A stretch of DNA of 64,000 nt from Yuukianura sp. NJ FZ-2021. Lineage: Eukaryota. The position numbers and the translations under genes were made by a program. Of this stretch, positions 51,660 through 64,000 are shown one piece after another (positions within the stretch are counted from its first letter, which is position 1; each line of letters opens with the position of its first letter). The stretch lies in NCBI GenBank assembly GCA_046563655.1, contig CM102283.1, positions 6,944,001 to 7,008,000 on the forward strand. Reading direction: 5' to 3'. Under the pieces are notes generated by a model. That model was not told the origin of the DNA, ran no database searches, and saw nothing but the letters and a program-made list of their open reading frames with translations.

Positions 51660-54600
51660 CAATGTCAAAGGTCAAGGAAATACTTAAGTGCTAATTCCTA
51701 GTTTACCAAAATTTTCTAGAGTTGTGCCAATTTTTAATTACAGAGTACGAAATAAAACTGTCTTTCTTGAATGAGGCTAAAACTTAAAAATCAAAATTTG
51801 ATTTCATGAAATCCGCTGTATTTCAATTTTATGGAAAACTCAAACTCCCTGTTTTGGTCAAAAGACTACTTTTTCTGACTTTCCAAATTTCCAAATTTTG
51901 TGTCCTTTTTCTAAACTTGTCTAAAAAGTTATATAAACTTTTGGTTTTGGATCCAAACTAATCTGATATCTGCATCTCTGATCTCCTCTTTTCTGAAAAG
52001 TTGAAAGTCAAATTAATTTCTCCCTGTCCCTTCGAAATGGTTACTGCGTAGCCTCCCTATTCTGTTTTTTGAATTTTTTTTTATGAATCCTGGATAAGGA
52101 CTCCTCAGTTTCCCAATTAATGTCACTCTTGGCCTCTCTGGACCACAATCTTCCCAAGGAATCAGAATCTGTCAGAAGATGGAGACAGAAAGTGTGGGCG
52201 ATTTGACTCTTTCCAAGTGCTAAATTGAACCAATTTAGGAAAATGCTGAAAAGTATTTCTTTGCCTTGGCAGTAAGCATGCGCTGGAACTGGAAAACTGC
52301 ACTGCCCGTGGACACGAACTTGTTGAAATTCTAATTTAGTTTAAGCATAAGGATCATCTTCCATCTGCTTTGTATTTTATGAAAAAGATCAAGTTACAGT
52401 GCATCCAAGGTGAGAAATGTCACTGAGGTCAACACTAACTAACTGAAGGTGTGGCGCCTAATGAAGTGAAAATGCGCATTACTCTGAAATTGGATTCTGC
52501 GCAGACGGGTTTTGGGCAAGCCAGAATCCTTTGTTTCATCAAACCATTTGAAATAAACTGAGACGGACCTTCATAAATTTATTTTTGACAGTTGGCGTTC
52601 ACTTTTACTGTCGAATTTTTGTGTTCAAAATTTGAAAAACTCGCCCAAAACAAAACTGACTCCTTGTATAGAAGGTTAATTGAGCCTTAAAAACAAATGG
52701 AAGGTTCTCAGGTTCATAAAGTGGAGTGCTTGTTTCTAGTAAACTTCTTATTCCTTCAACGCCCATTTCCAACACACAAAATTGTCAAGGATCATAAAAA
52801 TCCGAGGATTAGTGTCCATTACTCACTTTCCTCTGGCTTCTTCTCCCTCGAAATTCAAAACTTAATTGCTTCTCTGGTGGAGTTATGAGAACAATTATTA
52901 CAAGTTATTACGAGGACGAAAACTAGTGTAAAAGCTACCGTAATATGCTCAATTGACTTCCTAAACATTTGTCACTTTGTGGACTCTTTCAAAACGTTAC
53001 GACTGCGCAGACGCATCTGACCCCGCCCAACATTCTCACAAGTTCTACAGCTCATAAACTTTTTCTTACAAACCAAAAATTTTAACACAACTTTCTGTTT
53101 TTTCTTTGGAAAAATATTTGTTTTATTTTGATTTTGGAGACAAATTTAGCAATGTCAAACATGAAACGATACAAATGAGATTTTTATGCAGTTCAATTTC
53201 AAAGGAGACAAAATTTTGAATTGGAAAATCTGACACCTTGATTTCAAAAATGTCTTGAGATTTCAAAAATCTGTTGAGATTTTTCTGTGTCAAGTTATGG
53301 TACTCATTTTTAGTAATCTTTTATTGTTCTAACGCTATTCGAGAAATCTAACAAGGTTCGAAATGGCGCAGAAACGGTACAGGGTTTCTGAGTTAACAAT
53401 TTTAACTATGGATATGCTATTTATATTTCAATTTATTCAAAATATATAACCGTTTCCGAGGTTTAGTGAGCCCTTTGCATATCGGAGTTGCTGAGGATTA
53501 GTGTAGCTTAACCTATGACCTGAGGGCTCCTATTTTCCTCCAGTTTGATTATCATCTCACATGGAATGGAAAGATTCAATTTCCTAACCTTTAGAGACTA
53601 ATTAAGAAAATAATTTACGAGATACTTTTTGTTCACCATCATCCTTCCAGAAGAGCCTCATCTTAGCAATAGTAAAAAAATAACGTAACAATGGAGATGG
53701 TGAAGATTTTGAAAGCAATTTTAACTAGCCCTCCGCTTGTTTTGTGTTTCTGAGTCTCCCTATCATCCATCTTGTAAGTTGGGGATGACAATGCTCATGC
53801 TCACTCCCTTCTTGTCTCTGAGAATGATCTCCATAAGGTGGAAGGGGGCCCTTAAGGAGACTTTTTAGTGAGGAAAATAGAACCAAATAATTTAATTTAA
53901 GGCCCATTTCTCAGGAGAAGAAGAGAGGGAGATGATAGAGATCAGAATTATGGGCAGAATTAAATAAAAGGGGTATTTCAGATTAAGTTTCATTCCATTT
54001 GTAACGTAATTTTATGAACAGCTTCGACTTTTAAAAAAGAGTGGAGACTTTAAGAGGCAGATCGAGTAACAACTTGTATCACTTTCACAGTTTGTGATCT
54101 CAGGCTCCAGATTAGACACAGAAGTGTCGGACGGCTCATGGGCGGTATTGGAATTGTGGGTTGTAAAATTTCAAAAAAAAAGTTAAAAAGATTTAGTTTA
54201 AAAAAGTCCATTGAAAAATTTAGAGCTTTCAAGTAATTCTTCCCATTCCTACTTTTTTCAAAATGAAAAGATTTTTAGAAGTTTTGGAGAAATTATGTCG
54301 CTGCATCAATTGCATGATGCAAGGAAATTATGTGGAAGGGAGGATTTTAGGCAACTTTTAGACAAAATAAAATTTTTTTTTTGAAATTTTATTTTTTGAA
54401 AAGTTGGGTGCTAATTTTGAGGGAGTTGATTCAGGGCCGAGTGACACTTAATCTGTTGCCTTGTTAGGACGATGGTGAGAAGGGGAGCCTTGGAGGGAGT
54501 ACTTGAAGGGTCATGAATAATTCACCTCGAGCAGTAGTAGTAACTCCAAAGGCTGCTTTCAAGAAAAACAATTCTGGCGGGAAGAGATGCCAGCGCTGAG

Positions 54601-57600
54601 TTTATTTAAATTTTTAAATGATCTTTAGGCCTAATCTCATTCTACTTAACTTTTTTGTCCTAGTCTAATCTCCAGTCATCTTTGGTTTTTATAATCACGA
54701 AGGACTTTCCATTCCTTCCCTTCAAATTAAAAAATGAGCCCTTGGATAAGTTCTAAGGGTCCATGACATGACACTTATTCTGGTCCACCAGCAGCATCCC
54801 GGTGGCCATCGACTAGGATCAATCTCTATACTTTCTACTTCGTTTGTTAGGTTTAGATTCTTGTTCCGGAGGGTGATGGGAGGGGGGAAGATTTGAAAAT
54901 GGGATCGCTTCCATCTCCCTCCGATGATTTTTTTTATTAGATGCGGAACTAGTGGAAGTTGGATGGGATTGAGGGGAAACGAGCCGCCATTATCATCTAG
55001 CGAGATCAAAATCAGGATCATCAGGATCTTCTGATGATCAAAATGAATTGCCAACTCAGCACTTCCTTCAAACCATCATCACTGCTCCACTTAACTCTGC
55101 TCTGCTGGAGGTTAACGCAAAGTAGTTTTGGAATCTCATAAGAAAATTTTTTTGAAAGAAAATTCAAAAATAGAGATCGAGTTTTAGGGAAAAGTTGTTC
55201 TTTGGTGATTGAGCGAAAAAATTGATCACAAAACTAAATAAGCTTAAATTCGAAATTTAGTCAACTTTAAAAATTTTGTTTAACCGAACTCATAGTTCTA
55301 TGAGTAAAGAATGATTATTGACAAATTTTTGTCATCTCAGGTCGCTTGTCAAAATTCGGAAGAAGCCGAAACGGTTAAAAGTCATTTGTTAGTGTCACAT
55401 TTCGGAAAAAAATCATTCTAAAAAAAAGTTGACGCACGCGCATTAGTCTTGAAGAGACTTCATCATCCCTCCATTAAGTTCCTCTTCCGCATCTTCATCA
55501 ATAATAAATTGAACGTCATTTCTCACTTGTCACATTTATCTCCCGTCCTCCTCTCTTTGTTTTCCATGTCCGAACTAAGTTATGTTCCAGCAGCCAATCA
55601 GAACGCTTCGTTCCATCCGGAGCGGCGGTGGCATCGCAAGAGTTCAAATTCATAAAAATTTATTGTTGTGAGGATGCGGCGAAAGTGCTTTCTCCCCTTC
55701 CCCCTCCAATTTCCAAAATTCATCGGTGCAGAAAAGTGGCATTTGCCAGAAGACAAGAAGCAGAAGTTAGAGCGGGCGGTGGCGGGATTTTTTGAAAAAA
55801 AAAAGTTTATGTTTTTTTTCAAGTTCATCTCTCGTCTATACTAAACAATTTCTACTTTCAAGTCCTAATGGATTCTAAACAAATTTAAAAAGTTTAGAAA
55901 CTTTTGAAAAAGAGCGCCGCAGAAGTTCTAATTATTCTATCATCATGGCGTTGATAACCTCCATGCGCCCTTGTACTTCTGGGATTTTTAAAAGCCTTTT
56001 GAACGTTAAATCATCCTCATCCGCATCTGGGATTTTGTGGATACGGATCCATTTGGGATATGATGATGCATTGAGGCTTTTTCAGTTTCTGATGACCTCC
56101 TGACCTTCAGTCTGTCTCAATCAAAAAAGTTTACAAAATCCTAACCTTTTCTAATTTTTTTTTGAAAAGCTCTGGAGGATTTTGTAAAACAAACTTTGGT
56201 TTTCCGAAGGGCCCTCTTTTTAAGTCCCCCTTTTTCCTGAACAGAAGGCGATTAATCCACGTCCAATTCCCACCACCTAACATAAAGCAAGAAGTTTTTC
56301 AGTTTCTTGTAATTTGAGTGTTTAGGAACTTCTGGAAGCATAAATAGTTACATAACCTCCCACAACATAGGCATGATACTGGGAAGTTAGGTTAAGGTTA
56401 GGCTAACCTAGTCTTGGAATGAAACTGACGCGGGAGACTTGGAAACCGAAACTGCCAAAAGTGGAAGTGAGCTTGGTCATGGTCCATTTACTCAGTTTTG
56501 TCCAGTGGGAGGCTGGAAGACGTTTTTTCAGAATCTGAAACCAAAAGAAGACGAAGAAAAAGTGGTTCGAATTGCGGATATTTCCTTCCAAACGGCAAAT
56601 TGAGATCACAACCTTGTCAGAACGGGAAACCTAAATCATTTTTATGGGAATTTAAGACCTAATCCACCGTGTCTTTTTTGACGTTTTTCAGAAAAAAAAA
56701 GTTTCCAAAAAATTTCACTTTTGACAACTTTTTCTCTCAAAATTTTGTCGTAGAAGATCATTCCAGGCTTCAATTTCAACGAAAACTCATTTGAGGTTCA
56801 TAAGTTGAAAAATTTGGACTAAGAATTTAACAAATTAAAAAGAAACATTTTTATTACAGCAGGGGCGACCACGCCCAGTTTTTTGAAACATAAAAATTGT
56901 GACATCATGTTTGGATTGAGTCTCGACGGACACTGTGTTCAAAAAATTAGAAATTTTGAAATTAAAAAAGCGTTTTCATTTTTTTGAAAAATGCGGAACT
57001 GATTTAAAACGACTAAAAGTGTTCGAGAAGTGAACAATATGAACTGCTAAAGGAGGTGATAAATGATGTTCGTGCAGATGAGAAATGGATCTGAACAGAA
57101 GCTGCTTGTCTTTGTCTCCTTCCTGCTGCTCTCTCGGCGACTTCTTCTGCATCTCCAGCACTGCTAAACAAAATTTTTTTTTGATTTTTTTCTGAAAAGA
57201 ATCGTGCAAGATGAAAACGAAGAAGCGTCTCTTGAAGATCAGAATCATTTATGCACTCTGAACCTCATTTCTCAAGCCTTCCCCAAATTGTCTCCATTTT
57301 GAAGAGAGCCCTCAGACAACATCATTTTTTATTCCTTCCCGCTCTGTCCATCCTCCCTTATAAGCACTTTAAGCCCCACTGTTCCTCACTCGATAACTCA
57401 TCATCATCATCTTCATCATCATCAGGAGCACTGATACTCACAAGTCCCCGCCCCTCCCCTCCCCTTAAGCATTGTCATCATTCCGAAGGGTCGTACCCTT
57501 TGTCCCCTAATGAACAGGATGGCTTCGCAGGAGACATCAATCCTAATGTCTCTCGACCTCAAAGCTATGCTAAACCTAAGGTGAACCTTCCAAAGGTTAA

Positions 57601-59100
57601 ACATAGGTGGACATACACCTATGTTATTGTTTTCCTGGAATTGAGCACGCATGGGCAATAAATCATGTCTGATCCATTTCCACAATTTGTCGAGTCATGC
57701 GCAGTCATAGTCACGGCCGAGTCAGGGTCGCAAGCGTCAAAACAAAAAAGTTATGTTTCAGAAATTTTTTTTAAGTTTGAGAAACCAAAAAACACAAAAG
57801 AAAACTCAAAATTCTTAAACACAAAACTCACAATTTCCAAAATTTTCGTCACAAATTTTCAAGTACAAAAAAATTGACATTTGCCAAATTCCATACCTAA
57901 CTTTTAGAACAAACGAGATTTCCTTTTTCTGAAGCTGAATTTTCTAAATAACCTTTCACTTTTTTTTCAAAAATTTTTTTTTGATATGTCACTTGAGAAA
58001 TAGTTTTGGAGGCGTCCGAGCTGTTTGAAATTTCAGTGTTGTTTAGAATTGATTGAGATGTTAAAATTACAAATGGGTTCACATTAAGATGGTAGTCGTG
58101 AGATATGTTGTTGGCGAATGGGGTAGAATTTTTAATTTACAAATTCATACCTTTTTGAAACGTGGTTGTGTCTATTCCTCGGAGACAACTGAACTTGTGA
58201 CTGTGATCTGTGGCCTATTAAGACATGGGCATGCGCACGGGGAGTGTGATACATGGTTTCTATGAGCTGACATTCCCTATCCTCTCCATCATCGCCATGT
58301 TCCTACACATGTTTTAATGAAGTCGTAATACGTTTTATCAAAGTCAGCGGGGAAAGATTTGAAATAAAAAATCTTCATCTTCATACAGATCCATCAACAT
58401 CAAAAAGACACAAATTCAAAACACCAACGGAATACCAACGTCCTAATTGCCCCAAACACTTTCACAAACGTAAGTTATGGCGAAACCAACAAAGTAGAAT
58501 TTGTAAGGCGCGTGTTTTCAAATTTTTAAATTTGGTGTGATATGCTGCATTATTTTAAGCCTTGAAGCTTACAAACTGCGGGAGATTTCAAACTAATCTA
58601 ACAAGGCATAAAATAAAAGTTTCTAAAAAGCATCCATTTTCTCGTATTTACAAAGTTTACCGCCCGTGATTTTCCAAAAAGCTTTCAAAAGCTTCCAAAA
58701 CACGCTGAAATGGAAAACTTTTTCTGTAAATCAGTGTGTCGGTCGTGGAAGAGTTAAAAAAAAAACTTTCAAAAATATATTTGTTTTTGAAAAATTTTTA
58801 AAAACATTTAGAGTGGATGGTAAATCATTTAAGCCTAACGGATTCATTCACTCTTCGTTTAAAATCTATTGATCGTACGACGCTTCCAGTAACTTTATCA
58901 CGTTCGGATCAAAAGTGGACAAAAAATATTTTAAAAAACTGATCCAGATATTGTTTCAATTTTTTTGAATTCGTTATAATAACATTGAAAATCAGGATTC
59001 TATTCATCTTTTTAGACTCGGATCATCTGAGAAGCGTCACTCCAACAGTATCAAATTCATTTAGTATCAAAACTGAAACTGATCTCTTCACAAATACTTG

Positions 59101-59150
59101 ATATTATTATATTATATTACTTTATTATATTATATTACATTATTATATTA
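59101..59150. repeat. (TATTA)n-like low-complexity repeat
   Basis: Directly visible AT-rich pentamer run. Confidence 0.75.
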
Positions 59151-62100
59151 GTAAACCCATGTCGAATGGGTAGTTAAGCCACATAGAACCGCAGTTGTAC
59201 AAACAAACCGCTCCACGGTGTGACGATTTTAACAAAAGGGGTGACATTCAAGCCTTCTCGTTTTGGATTTTCAAATAATACCGCCCTTAACAATAGCGCC
59301 GAACCATAATACCGCGTCGGAGTTTAAAAATTAATAAGAAAAGAAAATTTTGAACTTTTTTTTTTCAAAAAAGTTTTTCAATTGGTAATTGACCTACCGC
59401 ATACCATATACACAAACGTGTCAAATGTATCGTTCCGTCCATTTAGACAATTCACCCCAAAGGTCAAACTTTCCCTCTCAGAAATTACAAGAGGTCTAAC
59501 CTGTCTTTCAAAATTGAAGATGAAAAATCTCCAAATGTTTAGCGCCACTTAGATTTTTCAAAATTTGAAACCTCCTTGAAAAAATTTTGAGAACATTTTC
59601 CTACTTTTCAAAAATTGAAAAGGAAATGGAGGTGAAAAGTGTCAATCATCAAAATAAGGCATGCAGTTAGCCCTACCTTTTTCTCTTATTTTTGTTACGT
59701 AAATTGTACACTTTTGGAGTTGAAGTTGTTAGACAAGGGAGGGAAGTTTTGAAAGGTGAAAAATAAGTTTTTTTTTTGAATGTCCGCCTTCTGTCCATGT
59801 CACTGTCAAAGTGAATTTTGGTTGTCACCAATAATGACTAAAAGAGGAAATGGACTTAGGATTTAATTGTGATTGAAAATGTTAACTTAACAATTTAGTA
59901 ACATTGCACATTGGTTTCTGCTCCTGCGCAGTCGCTCGTGACTTGACAAGGTGTAGAATGGATCTGTTTTTAATTAATTTTTGTGTTTCAATTTACAATT
60001 AACTCCATTGTTTTTCAAAAAGACAAAAGACATGACAAGATTTGATTGCTAAAAAGCAGAGTGTGAGATATTTTAGAACGATGTGTGCCACACACAAAGT
60101 CAATTTCGAGCACCGTGGACCGCGGTGCATAGACCGTGGACCGTGGAAAAAGGTTTTTGAACATAATTGGATCATAATAGTAAGTTGAATGAAAGTGACA
60201 AGGTGGAAGGGCAGAAAAGTAGTCAAGTCAAGGGAATAACGCTTGTTCAAATCCAAAGCCACAAGGTATGACAAAGGTACAACTAATGCTACATGACGAA
60301 ACAAACAATGAACACAGGACTTTGGATCCACAAGATCCCAAGCAAGATAAGCTCAAAACCAGAATCGACTCAAGGGACTACCCCTTCAAGGCACCATAAA
60401 ATTTCTGGAACCCTTTAAGCTACAGCTTCTCCAGGATATTGAAATACAAAAAAAAACGACAAAAAAGAAAGCCATTCTTTAAAAATTTCTGCAATTTCTC
60501 TTTTTTTTTGTATTAGAAATGTCACGTTTGTAGATTTGTCTTAAAATGTGTGCCATTTTCATGACCTTTGACCTGAACTTGAAGACTCTGTGCAAAAATG
60601 TGGCTTGTGCGTTTACTTGTACGCATGCTTCAAAGAATGTTGGGCCGGCGCGTTTTTGCTTCATTTTGGGCAGGGTTGCGTGCCTTTTGTGTTGATTGGT
60701 CAATGATTTAATTTAGAAGTTAATAAATTATCCAAAGTCCCTTCAGAAGTGAGTTTAAGTTCACTTGAAAATTTTCTAAGGGCCCCCATGAAAATTCCAG
60801 AAAAGCTATTTAGGATCTCCTCAGAGTCAAAGGGCTGCTCTATGTAGCTAAACCTACGTTAGGTTCAACTAACCTTAGAAGTTCAGAAATGGGACTTTGT
60901 CACCGGTGGAATGAAGATGAAAGGGAGCAAATAAGTTAATCTTAACCAAGATCAGTTCCAAAACCTCAACGTTTGTTTGGAATTTGGGAATGTCCATGTC
61001 CCATTGTTTCCTCCAATCCAAGGCCCAAACATATGGACAAGGGACCGGGGGACTTGAAAATTTTGACTTGGACTTAAAATCCTTCTTTAGAAGTTCAAAT
61101 GAGATCATCCGCAGAAGTTCTTGTTGATTTTGATCTCCGCCTGTGAGAGAAGTGATACTTGACGGGGCAGGGGGGACTTGGCAGAAGGAACAAAAGAGGA
61201 ATAAGCACTGAGGGACATGATAGGATGAGGTTTTGGACTATAAGGGCCCTCATAACAAATAATTGCAGTTGACCTACCGTAGTTGACCTTTGAAGCTCCC
61301 AGAGGAGCATGAAACAGGCCTTTTCTAACGCTTTCTGGGAATAAGGTGACAATAGAATTTTAAAAGGTGAACCTTTTGCCGCTTCTCTTTTGAAAAGAGA
61401 AGATGGGAATTTTCTTGAAAAGTTTTAATTTATTTTACGTTCTTCCTGAATATGATCATTACCTGTGAAGAATGGGTTTAGGAACGCGTGTGCTTTTGTT
61501 GGTTTAAACTTTCAAAAAATTTCAGGGCAGGAACCAAAGACGAAAAATCAAAACAAAATTTATGAGGAAAAGTGGCGACCTCTGACTCTTGAAAAAAAAA
61601 ACTCTCTGTTTTTCACAAAACTGCTCGAAATTGGCAAAAATTTCTCAAATTCTGAAAAACAGCTTGTTAGAAGGCTTTTTACTTCAAACTCTCAAAGGCC
61701 AAAGGTCAACAAATGAGTGCAGTCAAGTTACCTTTTGATGAGTTAATTCTAATAATTCTCGCAATAAGAAATATGAGTTTAGCGGGGAAAAAACTTTCTG
61801 ATAACATTTGCCAAAAAAAAATTCGGAAAACGTAGGTGTTGCGGACGTTTTACACAAAAAAAAAATGCTAACCTAACTACTAATTTCCTAACTAAAATTC
61901 GAGGAATTTTGTTATCTTTAAGTCAGAAAATACACACGAGCCGGCCCTGAAACTTTTCTTTTTGACTTAGCTTGTGAGTCAATTGGAAGGTTAAGGGCCT
62001 CTCCATTTCATCTTCAGAAGAGCCCTTAAGGTGAGCTGACAGTGGAATGAGCCCTTTGTATACTGATGAAGGGTCTCTTTTGGTTCGGTAAATGGTTACA

Positions 62101-63477
62101 AAAGTGACTGTGAATAGGGTAATTGTGAGACTGTAGGTCTTCCAGAATACTTGGAAAGATTCAAATCCCTTAGTATTTCTTTGATTCTGTTTCAGAAACA
62201 AATTGAAAAACGATGAAGTCCTTAAGTCCTTTGAGCTCCCAGGGGAGGGACAAGGGCGCCAAATAATAAAAATAATGCACTTGAAAAATATACTTCTTGA
62301 CTTTCCCTTGTCAACTTATTATTATTATTTCTAAGGGCCCGGGACAGACGGTGAGAAAAACACCCGGCAAAGGGCCCCTTTAAGCCTATTTTAAGGGTCA
62401 TCCACTCAAGCAATTGACGTTGTTGACCTTTGGTGTGCTCCGTAGGATTCAACAGCCTCAAAGAAAACTAAAATGGCTTCGGCATAACTTAATCCCGGGA
62501 AATTCAAAACATTTTGCAGTTTGTTTTTGAAATTTCCTGCTTTTTATTTGGATTCATCCTTTATTTTCTACATTTAGAAGAAAAAAAGTTGAGAAAGGAA
62601 GAGTGCAATAAAACGTGTAAAAATGGAAGTTAGTTTTTCGTAGTTTTGAATGACCTGAGAACTCCCGCCGAACCGGAAGCTCCCATAAACTTGCATTTAT
62701 TGACTTCAATTTTCAGTTGAACTCACACGAAGAAGAAAACATAATTTCCGGTTCTGCTCAGACTGAATCTCTTACAAAACAAATCCGAATCTCAATTCAA
62801 AATGTTGACCTTTGACCTTCTATTGGACTGTTTCAAGGTATAGTTCTAAAATGGGCTATGGGTTTAACACACTCTGTTCTAGTTTTAGGATTTGGCGGGA
62901 GAAAGTACTTAAGGGCTGGAACGAGTTGAGATTGGAGGGGCAGAGACACAACTCAAGTTAATACGATGAAATTATGGGCAAAAGACCTCCCTTTTATGGT
63001 GGTGGCGTAACTTGTGGGGAGTAACTACACAAAGTCCCCAGTGACTTACACTTCATCGTCCTAACCTCAAACACTGCTTTGGAAAAATCAAGAACAAATT
63101 ACGTTGTCTTCTCCCCCGGTGAAAGTCATTCCAACTGAAATTACATAACTTTTTCCTACCCTCCACTTCATATTTCTCCAGAGAAATAAAACTTCATCAT
63201 CATCATCCCCTCCTACTAATAAAGTTTACCAAATTCTATACAAGCTCAAGTTTCTAGAAAAAAAAAGCTCCAAGCGGTCAAACTGCAACTTCATTTTAAC
63301 CAATTTTTATTTCAGTTGTTCAAAAATCTTAAACCTACTAAAGTTTTAGGTATTTTGTAATTCATAATCTTTGTAAGTTTTTTTTCCTACGAGACAATTT
63401 ACACTTCAGTGACTTGATTGCTGTTTGTGATGATTCGATTGACCTTCAATTCAACACCAAATGTGACCTTGACATTG

Positions 63478-63735
63478 TCAGAATCCGAGCAAGTACGAGA
63501 TGCCCATGACTCCTACGAGCACCTTTAGTGGTAGAGCAGTAAATGAGAAGATGGTCGCACCTGTGACACGATTAAAGACGAAATGGAATGAACTCCAGCC
63601 AAAGTAAATGTGGCTGCCTAGCGTAGGCCGCACACGGGGGTTGCCAAAATGGATGCGGTAACCGAATAACATCAAGCAGAACATGTAGGCCAGCAGGCAA
63701 CAGAAAACAACAGCGCAGAAATAAAACACGATCAT
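63478..63735 (-). CDS. Small (85 aa) hydrophobic membrane microprotein, paralog of 51459-51659
   Basis: ATG immediately follows an intron (GTATGT at 63840 ... AACAG at 63736). Shared motifs P..G.H(L/I)Y and M.(V/I)(T/S)YLLG(I/F)-stop. AATAAA on the minus strand near 63306-63311. Confidence 0.65.
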   Translation of the reverse strand: MIVFYFCAVVFCCLLAYMFCLMLFGYRIHFGNPRVRPTLGSHIYFGWSSFHFVFNRVTGATIFSFTALPLKVLVGVMGISYLLGF

Positions 63736-64000
63736 CTGTTACACAAATTTTGAAAAGTTAATTTAAAATTTTAAAAAAAATGGGATCTACGAACTTCAAA
63801 CTTACTTTTTCTTCAAAAAAGTTCAAGAAATTGAACATACAAGAGAAACAGCACGCAGATGTCGGAACGAGCAGCACAAAATATCGAAATGTAAAAGCAA
63901 AGACAACAATGAAACAAGACAAGACAACAAGAAATGAGATCGAAAAATGATTTGATTTTGTTTTCAATTTGTTGAAATTGAAACAGACGCGGTGAAAGTT

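Noticed and set aside
57251-57661. 136-aa plus-strand ORF
   Set aside because: Partly a (TCA)n low-complexity run; no recognisable motif or splice support.
63758-63967. Hydrophobic 69-aa ORF as an upstream coding exon of the 63478-63735 gene
   Set aside because: It runs through the predicted intron. The frame that would splice onto the 63735 ATG has an upstream TGA and no ATG, so it is probably 5' UTR.

Overview
AT-rich eukaryotic DNA with short GT-AG introns. The gene content suggests an arthropod, possibly a springtail-like hexapod (inference). From left to right: (1) A DINE-1/HINE-like non-autonomous Helentron (about 320-7080) carries a very young Ty3/gypsy LTR element (1033-6889; apparently identical 365-bp LTRs, CCTT target-site duplication). 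The element has an intact gag, a -1 frameshift signal and a 'mini-pol' lacking RT and the integrase core. Its untranslated regions hold about 16 RNA hairpins with a conserved 7-nt loop. (2) A 10-exon gene (7911-10876) encodes two RPA70-like OB folds, the second with a C4 zinc finger, fused to a caspase domain that keeps the His/Cys dyad. This is the most unusual item in the window. (3) Two MITE-like elements. (4) ATE1, a SOGA/MTCL-family coiled-coil gene and CFAP20. (5) An empty spiracles/Emx homeobox gene followed by a long gene-poor region rich in AAGGGCCC motifs. (6) Three tandem four-TM membrane-protein paralogs and two related small membrane-protein genes. All exon structures and alignments were made by eye; no database searches were run.
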